A stretch of DNA of 64,000 nt from Octopus sinensis (taxonomy: Eukaryota), in assembly GCF_006345805.1 (NCBI RefSeq), contig NC_043003.1, positions 50,592,001 through 50,656,000 on the forward strand, given 5' to 3'. Both the position numbers and the translations under genes were made by a program. Below are positions 52,062-64,000 of the stretch, one piece after another; position 1 is the stretch's first letter; every line of letters begins with the position of its first letter. The notes beneath the pieces are model-generated. The model did no database searches. It was not told where the DNA came from and saw only the letters and a program-made list of their open reading frames with translations.

Positions 52062-52297
52062 ATAAAAATGGTAAGACAACAAAAGAATGAAAGAGACCTC
52101 GATATTATGTAAATAGAGGAATTTATCTGTATGCAAATGTAATATGTGACAATTATTCGGTAGCCATGATAAAAAATGCTATATAGCATGTTTTCCGATG
52201 GCCGGATAACTGAAGAGATGGCGGCGTGGATTTCCACCCCGGCATCCGAAATTCGGAGTTTTATCATGGCTACCGAATAATTGTTACATATTACATA
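52040..52297 (+). mobile_element. HHR-bearing unit with an inverted arm of about 37 bp, next to (TA)n
   Basis: 52138-52174 is the reverse complement of 52259-52295; an HHR lies between the arms. Confidence 0.75.
52205..52265 (+). ncRNA. Type I hammerhead, same family as 39255
   Basis: GAUAA-CUGAAGA-GAUGGCGG..GUGG/CCAC..CCGGCAUC-c-GAAA-UUCGGAG-UU-UUAUC. Confidence 0.75.
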
Positions 52298-52323
52298 TAC
52301 ACACACACGCACATACACACACA

Positions 52324-52378
<55 letters not shown>

Positions 52379-52392
52379 CACACACACACATA

Positions 52393-52755
52393 TCTCTCTC
52401 TATATAAACGGCAAAATGTCTGTGTGCGTGTCCTTTATACAAATCCACAATCTTCCAGTTAGAGGGCCTGCACTTTCTATGGTCATTCAAAACCATCCAA
52501 GGGAGGTCGTGCACATCTTTACATTTCCCCAGTCACCCCGCAAAGCCATTAAAAATCAATAGAAGTGACATTTTTGTGAATTTTCTATCCAAAATCCAAT
52601 CAAAATGCCCGAAACTTGATACGCCAATTGAATGCGATCTAGCTGTATGTGATTGGTTGGAGATTTGGACAGAACTCGCGTGTATGTGCGCACGCATGCA
52701 GCTGTATATGCATGCACTAGCACTATGACCCGGCGTTCCTGGGTCATTGTGCTAG
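52393..52755 (+). mobile_element. Non-autonomous Helitron
   Basis: A|TCTCTCTCTATATAAA 5' end; subterminal hairpin and GCTAG|T 3' end; no TSD. Confidence 0.85.
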
Positions 52756-52784
52756 TACACAAACACACACCGCACACACATACA

Positions 52785-52831
<47 letters not shown>

Positions 52832-52832
<1 letters not shown>

Positions 52833-52957
52833 CGGTGCGCTTCTTTCAGTTTCCGTCTACCAAATCCATTCACAAGGCTTTGGTCGGCCCGGAGCTATAG
52901 TAGAAGCCACTTACCCAAGGTACCACGTAGTTGGGCTGAACCCGGAACTATGTGGTT
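52832..52957 (-). mobile_element. SINE group A head
   Basis: Reverse-complement match. Confidence 0.85.
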
Positions 52958-53768
52958 GTGTGCGTGTGTGTGTATATGCAGGTGTGTGTACCACTATTAC
53001 CTCCAAGGTAAGTATTACCACAGCTAAACACAAGATAACTAGCACACTAATGGCTTCTTGCACCATCATCATCATCATCATCACCACTATAATCATAGTC
53101 GATGTTGTCGACGTCTTCTTAGTCTTCGTCGTCGTCGTTCTCGTCGTCATTATCATCATCATCATCATCATCAAAACCACTATTTCTTGTCGTCAAAATC
53201 AACCTAACCGTCAAAACCACTACCAAAACTAGAGCCTTTGTATCTAACCGATCTACGCCAACACCATCAACAGCACCAGCGACATCACCGCTGCCACTAC
53301 CATTCTCATTACCCACTTCTACCAACAAAACTACCAACGTCCCCATCACCGCCACCAGCACCACCACATTCCCTAACCCCCCCAGCTCCAGCAGCAACGG
53401 CAGCACCGACATCACCATCAATCACTGTAACTCGATTCTACGAGCTTTAATTGAACCAATCTGTATTTTGGCTGACTTCAACAGCATTCCTAGAATTTTA
53501 TTACCACTACTTCAAAGATTACACGCACATACACGTACACACGAACGCACACACACACACACTCATATAAATGCATACACTCACAGATATACATGCATAT
53601 ATGTCTGTATATATATATATATACCTATATGTATAAATATATATACGTATTCGCAGATATATACACGCACCCACACGTCTATACATGCTACTTGGTTATA
53701 CATATATTCATTACAGATATAGTCAGATTCACACACTTAAAACACACGAAAACAAAGGCATACGTCCA

Positions 53769-53819
<51 letters not shown>

Positions 53820-54889
53820 CATGCGCACGCACATACACACACACGCACATATATTTACATATATATATATATATATATACATGTGCATATATATGTATAC
53901 ATACATACATACATACATACATACATACATACATACATACATACATACATACACTTGTGGAAGTATATGTATACGTATATGCATATATCCATATACACAG
54001 CATAGGCTTACTCGTAGGAAGAAGAGTATTCGCAAACTTACAGAATATCTTTGTACTTCGAGAAGTCGATTTAAATATATTAATTTATTTTAGCAGTAGT
54101 TTACTCGTTTACTGCTGCTATTACTGTTATCTCTGCACAATAAGTGAAAGAAAATTTGTGTTGAAGAAACGATTTAAAGTAAGGAAAGAGTTTAGAACGA
54201 AGATAAGAGCCAAGCGAATAATGAAAAAAAAAAAACAAAACGATGAAAATAATTTGGAGGATTTGGAGTTTTAGAATTCAAAGAAAAACAAAACAAAGCT
54301 AAGTAAATTTATCAGTATTTCGTAGTTTAGTTCCAAATGTTGGCCGTTTTAAGTTCATGTGTAGTAAAATTCTGACCGTGTACATATTTTACAATGCATA
54401 CACTGGAGTTTAAAAGCTAACAGAGTTTCGATGAATGCTTAATATGGAAGTAAACTTTAGAAATATGCCCCTCAAAATGAGAGAATTAATAACGAAATTA
54501 TATGCTGGAAAAACGGTTACAAAGAATATAATGGCCGAAAATTGGGAAAATAAAAACTGTTGGAAAGAATTGTTGAAAATAGACTATTGAAAAAACTGTC
54601 GAACGACATTAAGACTGAGAATGAAAGAAAAATATGGGCAGTCTAAAATCAATTAAAAACCTATTAAATATTTATGAGAATACTAGTTTTACTATTAGAG
54701 TACTGAAAAATACTATAAAGTTATAGGTTTCTGGAAAATGCTATTAAATGAGATACGGAAAACGGAGGAAAAATAACTTCAATAGCCATTTAGAATGTTA
54801 AAATGGAATTACGAGCGTAGCAAATATTTGCCTAAATTCGAAACTGCAACTTGTTATTTCTGAATAATAATAATAATGATAAAAAAACA

Positions 54890-55170
54890 GACTTTACATA
54901 CACTGATAATGTCAGCAATAAGCAAGCCATTGTAAGTTGTGAAATAACCATCAAATAGACAAATGACGTCTGCAATAAGCTGATCTTTGAATGCTGTGGA
55001 ATGCACATTGCACAGAGTGATGAAGTCAGCAATAAACTGACCAATGAAGGCTGCCGATTCCGACGAACAAGTGCAGAGAAAATCCCTTACCAGTACACCT
55101 ACCTGTTAGATTCCTTAACACCGGACTTGAACGTGAACTACCTGTACCCGATGCCGACTTAGAACTGAAC
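54890..55170 (+). mobile_element. Possible decayed RTE-like RT fragment
   Basis: DFTYTDNVS (YADD-like) followed by an ECCGMHI stretch; weak. Confidence 0.3.
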
Positions 55171-55233
55171 TATGACATTTCAAACTCGCATTTACACTCC
55201 CTCTCATCCCATTATCTATTTCCCCCTCTTTAA

Positions 55234-55275
<42 letters not shown>

Positions 55276-55909
55276 TTATCTATCTATCAATCTATCTTTC
55301 TTTCTCTCCCTGCTGCTTATCTCCCTATCTCTCTCGCTCTCTCCATCTACCATCGAGGATGTTTGGCTTGATCAATGGTGGGAAAGCAGGGATGCTATCT
55401 ACGCCTGCTCGGGACTACTTCAATAAAATCAATCAGTGAAGGAATGCTGTATACCAGCTAACCAACAACCCACATTTTGTTTTTACGCCACGCTTAAAGT
55501 TCCATCACATTGTTGTACAATTTTGGATACTATTTCAATTGTGGATTACCCAACAACAATCAACTATTCTTCATCGATTAATTCTGTTCTATGATAATGG
55601 ATTAATCAACTGTCTGTTTTGCGGTATTCTATCTAGCCTATTTGTGGTGTGCCTCGATCCTTTATGAATCCCTTGCTTTCAAGACCATAGACATGTGCGT
55701 GTATGTGTGTGTACACGCGCGAGTGCATATGTGTATTATGTACGAATGTATATCTGTATGTACATACGTATGAATGTTCTCTTAATTTTAGAGTAAATTT
55801 TGACCGGCCACCTACTTGGAAGCAATGTTGGGAAGAAAAGTGTCTTGCTTTAACAATAGTCCTTTTACATCTTAAGGTGCTGTAGATTTTCATAGTCTCA
55901 GATATCGTG

Positions 55910-56042
55910 TTCATTGTATGTATGTACGTATGTATGTATGTATGTATGTATGTATGTATGTATGTGTATGTATGTATGTGTATGTATGTATGTATGTATG
56001 TATGTATGTATGTATGAATGTATGTGTGTAAGCATGTGTGTG

Positions 56043-56074
<32 letters not shown>

Positions 56075-56312
56075 TGTATGTATGTATGTATGTATGTATG
56101 TATGTATGTATGTGTGTGTGTGTTGTATGTAGCATGTATGTATGTATGTAGTATGTATGTATGTATGTGTGTATGTATGTATGTGTATGTATGTATGTAT
56201 GTATGCATATATGTATATATTATGTATGTATGTATGTATGTATGTATGTATGTATGTATGCATGTATGTATGTATGTATGTATGCGTGTATGTATGCATG
56301 AATGTATGTGTG

Positions 56313-56343
<31 letters not shown>

Positions 56344-56656
56344 GTGTATGTATGTATGTATGTATACGAGCGAGTAAGCAAACGAAACAAAGTGGTACGC
56401 AATAAATTTGATTAAAGTTCTACGTAGATTATGGCAGTCTGGCTCAGCTTCGCGTTACTTAATGTTTCAAGGACATAGGACACTTTGACCCCCATCAGAT
56501 GTTCAGAGACAGAACATCCGGTGAGGTTGCTGTGTCCAATGTCCATGAGACTTTAACGAAGAGCCGAGTCAAACTGTTACACACACACACAAAACATACA
56601 TACATTCATATATAAATACATACATATATACATACATACATACATACATATATAAA

Positions 56657-56690
<34 letters not shown>

Positions 56691-56764
56691 AATACATGCA
56701 TACATACATACATACATACATATACAAATACATACATACATACATACATATATAAATACATACA

Positions 56765-56798
<34 letters not shown>

Positions 56799-56860
56799 AA
56801 TACATACATACATACATACATACATACATACATACATACATACATACATACATACATACA
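55910..56860. repeat. Long (TATG)n and (CATA)n arrays
   Basis: Directly visible; source of many spurious ORFs. Confidence 0.95.
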
Positions 56861-57670
56861 TAGTGGAAGCCAAAATGTTACGGAGTAAGACCACTTCCGG
56901 AATTCAGTAAGGCCATGCAAACGTTCCGAGAGTCCAAGAATTTCCCTTGCGGAAATTTGCTTTTTGTGAATAAAATATTGCACAGCACTGAGTCCGTCTT
57001 TCAACGCAATTAGCTATAAAATCAGTGGCACAAGAGAGGTTGAGACGAGCAGAAACCAATCGTACTTCAGGTTGTTTTTAAATGGGTTTACCTTCTCCTA
57101 GAACGAAACTCTTACGAGACCTAAGAGTCTTTTACTCCCAGTGGCTCGCATGCTAATTAATCCATAGCTGGGATCATAAAAGATACTACTACACCAGGTC
57201 AGATTAGACCAGGGAATAATAGTGGCTAAGATGTGGTTCCAGTTCCTCGGTTCCAGTTCCAGTTCCATGGAACTCCCAAACAGATCTCCGCAACCGGATG
57301 CAGTTTTAAGTCGTAGCTAGGACATACAATTATACATAGATGCATGTACAAACACACACACACACACACAACTCATTGTTTGGTACCTGCTCAACCCTGA
57401 TCCCATAAGCCTATGATCAAAATATTCTTGCTTTCACCCAACATATCTAGGAATTCTGTAAATAATTTGCCCTTCGTTTTGTTGAACGGTAAGAGATGGA
57501 TTGTTGGGGAATTCGACAATTATTTCTAGCAGACATGGTGACCATGTAACAGATCTACCGCTCTATCATTTGTGTTATATATCTGCCAACGTCAATATTT
57601 TTGTAAACAATCCCAAAAAGTGGGCCTTGTATTTGTTCGACAGCCATTCTTCGGCGGGAGACGAGCTATG

Positions 57671-57722
<52 letters not shown>

Positions 57723-58151
57723 TTGCTGACTGAGTAGCAAAACATACAATTAATTAGAATGCTACGCATTGCCTTCTTATTCGTTTTGAATGAGAATCAA
57801 GCATTTACATGTTTATCAGGTTACAGAAAATCTACTTTATTGCAAATATGCCTCATCATTCATCGAGAATTTGGTCCGCAAATTAGCTAACGCAGTTTAG
57901 GTTATTATCACACCTACTGTCTTACATAACAAACTAATCTTTCCCTCCCGTCTACTATTTACTTGGCAGCAGAGTCACGTTGTTGTCATAGAATCTCTTC
58001 GTAGTTAAGTAAGTAGTGGATGCCAAAGTTGTGATACGATGAGTGATACATTGAATAGTAATGGATGTCTGTGTGATAATCATGCCTATGTGTTACACAA
58101 TGTGTGTTATCCATTGATATATTGTGGGATACCTGAGCGTACTATTATGTG

Positions 58152-58375
58152 TAAGGTGGTGATCTGGCAGAATCATTAACACGCCAGACGAAGTACTTGC
58201 CGGCTTTTCGTCCGGCTTTACGATCTGAGATCATATTCCACCGAGGCGGACTTTGCTTTTCATCCTTCCAGGGTCGATAAAACAAGTTCCAATCAAGCAC
58301 GGGGGTGGGGGTGATATAATCGACTTGCCTCTCTCTCTTCAAAATTGCTAGCCTCGCTCTAAATTAAGAATAATT
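58152..58375 (+). mobile_element. SINE group B, diverged
   Basis: AAGGTGGTGATCTGGCAGAA head and body. Confidence 0.75.
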
Positions 58376-58382
58376 ATTGTGT

Positions 58383-58506
58383 AATAGACGCAACTATGGC
58401 TATGTGGTAAGTAGCTTGCTTACCAACCACATGGTTCGGGTTCAGTTCTACTCCTCAAAGCCTTGAGAGTGAATTTTTAAACAGAAACTGTAAGAAGCCT
58501 GTCGTG

Positions 58507-58551
<45 letters not shown>

Positions 58552-58765
58552 TTGTGTGTGTCTGCGTTTGTCTCCCCACCGTCGCTTGACAACCGATATA
58601 GGTATGTTTACGTCCCCCCAACTTAGCGGTTCGGCAAAAGAGCCTGCTAGAATAAGTACTAGGCTTACAAAGAATAAGTCCTGGGGTCGAGTTGTTCGAC
58701 TAAAAGCGGTGCTCTAGCATGGCCGCAGTCAAATGACTGAAACAAATAAAAGAGCAAAAGAATAT
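58383..58765 (+). mobile_element. SINE group A
   Basis: Head, central TA/TG and intact tail. Confidence 0.88.
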
Positions 58766-58931
58766 TTATTCAATAATAGTGGATGCCGCGGGTGCCCATT
58801 TCTGTTATAATGTGTTATACTATTCGCACTACATTCAGTAATGAATACCTGTTAATGGGATATTCTGAATGATACTATTATGTGAAATATATTCAATTGC
58901 AGTGATTGCTATTTGTTTTATATAATGTATT

Positions 58932-59070
58932 GTACGAAGGTTCCTTGAAATGTCCATAGGCTGACCAAGATTCTCTTATGGAATGTGAATGAGATTTATC
59001 TCTTAACATAGTCCCCTTGCGGTCCACACACATCTTTCACATCGGTATTGCAGTACTTGTGTTAAAAGCC
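58932..59070 (+). mobile_element. Mariner 5' end fragment
   Basis: TACGAAGGTTCCTTGAAATGTCC TIR-like start. Confidence 0.5.
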
Positions 59071-59098
59071 TTAAAATTTCGTTCTGACAATGCCTACA

Positions 59099-59180
59099 GC
59101 CATAGCGTAGTGAATAAAGGCGCTGAAACGCAGTACAGTCACCTACAGGTTCTGAGTTCAATCCCTGGTTAAGGCACTAA
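59099..59180 (+). pseudogene. tRNA-like / SINE head remnant
   Basis: TAGCGTAGTG A-box and GAGTTCAATCCC B-box; stems not intact. Confidence 0.5.
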
Positions 59181-59411
59181 GGGGAATCACAATTACCCGA
59201 AGAAGGGTGAAGCGTAGTGAAAGCAACAATGAAGATGGGAACATGACTAAATAAAATGAGTATGACGTGGTAAAAAGCGAGATTTTTTCACTAATTGCTT
59301 TATGCCATTAGTCTATCCAGTTGCAAGCAGTGGAAAACGTTCTCTCAGATCCCTCACACTTATGCCAGCGGCGCATGCAATATGGGACAATTACAAGCAA
59401 AGAATCCTGCA

Positions 59412-59548
59412 CCAGCTCTCGACTCAAACTAGAGCAACGTGAAATTAAACAAAAGCATCAAGAATACAAAGTTTCACCTGATCCAGATATTGAAACCCGG
59501 ATCTTCTGATCATAAGCTGAACACCCTAATCTCTAAGCCATGCGCCTT
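59412..59548 (-). mobile_element. SINE group C head, diverged
   Basis: Reverse-complement match. Confidence 0.65.
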
Positions 59549-59849
59549 CATTCATTCCTTCATACATATATACACACATACATATTGTGATTGAATCCAA
59601 CCTATTCTTGAACATTGTCAGGATTTCTTAGCTTAAGGTTTGCTTGACAATGGTGTCTAGTGAGGTTGCTCTTAAATCCAGCCAGCAACTTGTACTGCGA
59701 GATGAACATTTCAACATATTCGATAAGCTTTGTTTATTTCAGCGACATGCCTCTCAGAACAACATATGTTGTTACACATAGCTTTACAGTATCATGATAT
59801 ACATGACACCACTCACGGCAAAGTAATTCTACCTTTGAACGGCATACAT

Positions 59850-60140
59850 GACCTCAGGCCTTGCATTACAGGGAATGGGGTTTTCTACAGCCTTTTTTCT
59901 CCTGCCTCTATATATTTCGCAGAATGTTACAGTTGAGCATAAGCTATTTACTTTGGTTTTAAACGTTCTAAACTCTTCAACATCACAGGAAATCGCACTT
60001 GCCTGCTGGTCCTTGTTTGAAGCATGATCTTCCCAGGTATTGATGTCAATGATGGTTTTCATCAATGCATCTTTCAGAGAGTCTTTATAACTTTCCCTGG
60101 TTCAGCTCGGAATACATCACCTGTTTTGGCAATCGAATAC
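59850..60140 (-). mobile_element. RTE-clade LINE 3' fragment
   Basis: RLPKQVMYSELNQGK..YKDSLK..IDINTWEDHASN. Confidence 0.8.
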
Positions 60141-60732
60141 CCTCTAGACACACAATATAACAAAACCATCTCTGTCGTTGATGCAGTATCATAGATTCCA
60201 CAGTTGTCATATGAACGCGTTTGCCAGTGGCATAAAGATTTTCAAGAGATTTTCATAATGAGGCACAGGGAGAGCTGGTGGAAACGATTCAGACGGGGAA
60301 GATGTCTGCTATACGTTGACCATGTTCCACAGCCGTATCACGATATTCCTCAGGCACGTGCACATGAATATAATTCATAAGTACATATATACCTGCGTCG
60401 TATATGAATACATGGAAACAAGAAATAAGAATGAAATACCTGATGCTTAAAGGTTGCAGGGATACATGCGAAAGGTATAGGCACGACAACCGATGCAGAC
60501 TCGAATACAATCTGATGACCTGGAATGGGAAATTGAGAAATTCAAATGGCTACATGTGAGATGTTAGATGCGATAACTCAACGCGCGCACACACACACGC
60601 ACACACACATACAGACACACACACATACATATATATAAATTGACAGACAGATATACATATACATACATGCATGCATACATATATATATATATAGACATAC
60701 ATGCATATAAACCTATATAAATGCATATAAAT

Positions 60733-60773
<41 letters not shown>

Positions 60774-61227
60774 CATACATATATACATATATAAAGTACA
60801 TGTATATATGTATATATGTGTGTGGTAATATATATATATATATATAAATGAATTGGCGCATTTGTCAATAATTATGCACGCATATATCTATATGCTCATG
60901 TCTATGTATATAAAAGATTTCCGCACTGTACCCGTTGACTTAACTCGCTAGTCGATCCATTTCCACTGCGTATGCTAGACAGATGGGTATAGAAGTGTCT
61001 GGAATCCATTCCTCCTGTGTGGGAGTATGTGTATATGAATGTATGAGCGTTGTTATATACTGATGTATGCTTGTATAATGTATGCGTTTCTGCGTTAATG
61101 TATTGCATTTCTGCGTTTTCTTTCTGAACCTCTCTGCTTGTAGACCTGCTTACATACATACATTCTACCAGATGGTCACAGACTGTATATATACATGTGT
61201 GTGTGGTGTGTGTGTGTGTGTGTGTGT

Positions 61228-61264
<37 letters not shown>

Positions 61265-61379
61265 TACATATACGTATTTATATGGAAATAGTCTGTGTAT
61301 TAGTGTTTTCTTGTATGTGTGCTCCATTCCGCGCAGAACGCTTTGTGTGTTTTTGGTAGAATTTAAAATGCAAACTATA

Positions 61380-61580
61380 TACGAGCAAAGGTTGCTAGTT
61401 TTAAGGTTATCACGAAAGGCCTTGCTGGAGGTTCAACCTTCCGAGTTCTTTTACAGGGATTAGAAAAACTGCAATAAGTGTGTGAATCGGAGAGGAGAAT
61501 ACTTTGGATAAAATCACAATTAACTGATCATCTGTATTTTCTTTTACCTAAAGCCAGGAACTTTTCAACACCACATCGTA
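61380..61580 (+). mobile_element. Mariner 3' end fragment
   Basis: QPSEFFYR..KCVNRRGEYFG* and TIR rc TACGATGTGGTGTTGAAAAGTTCC. Confidence 0.75.
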
Positions 61581-61635
61581 TATGTGTCTCAGAATATTTT
61601 CGAAGATATGAATGTTTACGTGCGTATGTGCTTAG

Positions 61636-61669
<34 letters not shown>

Positions 61670-62124
61670 AGGTGTGTGCTTAATTAGTATATATGCTTGT
61701 GTGTGTGCATACTTCAGTGTGTAAGTGCCTTTACTTGTTTACGTATAATGTTTATTTACTGTACTTAATTGAGACGTCGTTTTATAAACAGTTACTATTA
61801 AGTGTTGTACATGAAATAGCCTAAAGTTTTACATTCACAGGAGATCACTCACCGATCAGGCATTCGACCAGCGCATTAGATACGTATATAAAGTTAAAAA
61901 GCCTCCACTACAACCGGATGTCGAAACTAGGGCGCTAATTTTGTTATTTTTTCCTCTCAGAAACTTATATTCTAAAACACCGGTAAATGCTCAAATATCT
62001 ACTGCGGTTGCTGGCACATAAGAAAGACACTAAAGCACAATGCAGTACAAAGATGTACGACTGGTCCGAAGGAGACTTTTTTGTCTCTTTAGGAGTTATT
62101 TTCGGTTATATTTATGTATAAAGG

Positions 62125-62285
62125 GTCGTTTAGCAGAACCGGTAGTGGGTCGGGAAAATGCCATATTTAATAGTACCCATTTAATATCCGAGTTCCTAAT
62201 CCTCGAAGTTCGACTCTAGTCTTCACCCTTTCGGCCTTGATAAATAAGTACGAGTTAATTACTAAGGGACATTATATCCCACTAT
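62125..62285 (+). mobile_element. SINE group B, highly diverged
   Basis: Partial body match. Confidence 0.55.
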
Positions 62286-62377
62286 CTTTAATCTGTTATT
62301 AGTATTGTTCCATTTGAACTTGATTTTCATCACTGTAAGGGTCGATAATATAAGTACTGAATATGTATTTGCGTCTG

Positions 62378-62412
<35 letters not shown>

Positions 62413-62416
<4 letters not shown>

Positions 62417-63343
62417 AATAAAATAGAACATATGCATATATATAAACATATATGTACGTACCTACCTCTACATGTACATATACACGCATATATGTGTACA
62501 GGACACCAAAAAGACGTCGAACACATAGAGAGACGAAAAACATAGACACAAACCAAGGAACAGGACAAGCAAAAAAAAAAAAAGGATACAGGACAATAAG
62601 CACAACGAAAAATCCCCTTCTTCAGTCGCTAAGGTTTCATCTACTCTACGTTTCGAAGGATAAAAGCGAGACGTATCTTCGAAGAAACTTCCTTCCTGCG
62701 AAAAGCAAATCAATTAAAATTCTGAGATCTTTTCGCAAAGGGGTAAAAAATGGTAAAAAAAAAGCAAGACGGTAACGACAGTACAAACATATAAACAGTA
62801 AAAAAATATATATAAACAGTGGGAAATAAATATATAACAGTGAGAGACAGGACAAGGAGAACAAGATAAGAAGGGCTGTTTACGCCAGACGAAAAAAAGT
62901 ATTGCAAACGCTGGATTATAGTGGACGACGAGAGAGAAGGATATCGACCAGTAGCCTTAGAAGGCGGGCGAGAAAAGACAGGATAGCAGTTACGACGGAA
63001 GTATCGTCGCAGATGGACGACGGGAATGGGGGAGGAGGAGCAAGAGGAAGAGAGAGAAGAAGGGGAATGGTGCGAGGAGACCATGAAGAATGGTGAGGGG
63101 GAGAGAGAGAATGAAGAAGAATGAGAGAGAGAGGAAGAGACAAGTTAAGTGAGGGAAAAAGACGAAAAAGGGAATGGGATAGAAAGAAAGAAAGATGCAG
63201 AGTTGCGTGAGAGTTAATATCAAGGCTAACTTGATAAACAGAACAATCTTACTTAATAGGGTGCGTGCGTTTAGTCGTATAATATGTTAATAAAATAGAA
63301 CATATGCATATATATAAACATATATGTACGTACCTACCTCTAC

Positions 63344-63439
<96 letters not shown>

Positions 63440-63621
63440 GTACTGTTGTGTCTGGGGAGAGTCATTTTCTTTTTGTACCTTATAATTTAACACACTCACT
63501 GGTAAAATTTCCACTTATTTCTTATTTTTTATTTTCCTAAATAACAGAATATGCTTCAATACACGAACTCACATAAAGAATCTCGCAAACCAAATCCAAA
63601 AACGAAATATATATGTGTGTG

Positions 63622-63688
<67 letters not shown>

Positions 63689-64000
63689 ATATATATGTTA
63701 ATAAAATAGAACATATGCATATATATAACATATATGTACGTACCTACCTCTACATGTACATATACACGCATATATGTGTACAGGACACCAAAAAGACGTC
63801 GAACACATAGAGAGACGAAAAACATAGACACAAACCAAGGAACAGGACAAGCAAAAAAAAAAAAAGGATACAGGACAATAAGCACAACGAAAAATCCCCT
63901 TCTTCAGTCGCTAAGGTTTCATCTACTCTACGTTTCGAAGGATAAAAGCGAGACGTATCTTCGAAGAAACTTCCTTCCTGCGAAAAGCAAATCAATTAAA
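62413..64000 (+). repeat. Near-identical direct duplication (62413-62718 vs 63696-64000; stub at 63285-63345)
   Basis: About 305 bp with one indel seen; the second copy runs off the window end. Confidence 0.93.

Noticed and set aside
56865-57005. Mariner C-terminus-like peptide (FRKGILGLSERL) on the minus strand
   Set aside because: Similarity is weak and no TIR was found.
7955-59180. Functional tRNA genes at 8002, 11869, 12165 and 59099
   Set aside because: Stems are mismatched and the context is repeat-derived; they are treated as pseudogenes or promoter heads pending tRNAscan-SE.
60512-60545. CTGATGA-CCTGGAATGG-GAAA
   Set aside because: Only a 2-bp stem II, and no NUH or stem I partner.
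121-63995. Most ORFs in the supplied track (YIYI, CVCV, THTH, MYVC, poly-L/V)
   Set aside because: They are translations of microsatellites and low-complexity tracts.
1-64000. CRISPR array or prokaryotic system
   Set aside because: The sequence is eukaryotic and repeat-rich; there is no repeat-spacer periodicity or operon-like ORF cluster.

Overview
AT-rich, microsatellite-saturated eukaryotic non-coding DNA, either intergenic or a large intron. The repeat repertoire looks like a cephalopod, probably Octopus; this is my recognition and is not verifiable here. I found no convincing host protein-coding gene, and nearly all ORFs in the track are microsatellite or low-complexity artefacts. The real coding relics are transposon-derived: mariner (one near full length at 32987-34285), Tigger/pogo, hAT, Tx1/L1-like and RTE LINE fragments. 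There are about 30 tRNA-derived SINE copies in three groups, two non-autonomous Helitrons and several MITEs. The most notable signal is a set of minimal type I hammerhead ribozyme (HHR) motifs with palindromic or minimal stem III, as described for Penelope-like element pLTRs and retrozymes. Seven have intact or near-intact cores (7716, 16198, 17975, 24561, 39255, 51905, 52205), one has an intact core but a broken stem II (15032), and a few more are decayed. They sit in short non-coding units with direct or inverted terminal redundancy, mostly next to (TA)n. One carries the compensatory U3-A8 core pair. In two units the inverted arm starts at the predicted cleavage site. Two similar fold-back units carry internal tRNA-like heads. 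Together these suggest a diverse family of small non-autonomous ribozyme-bearing retroelements; that is an inference and is untested.
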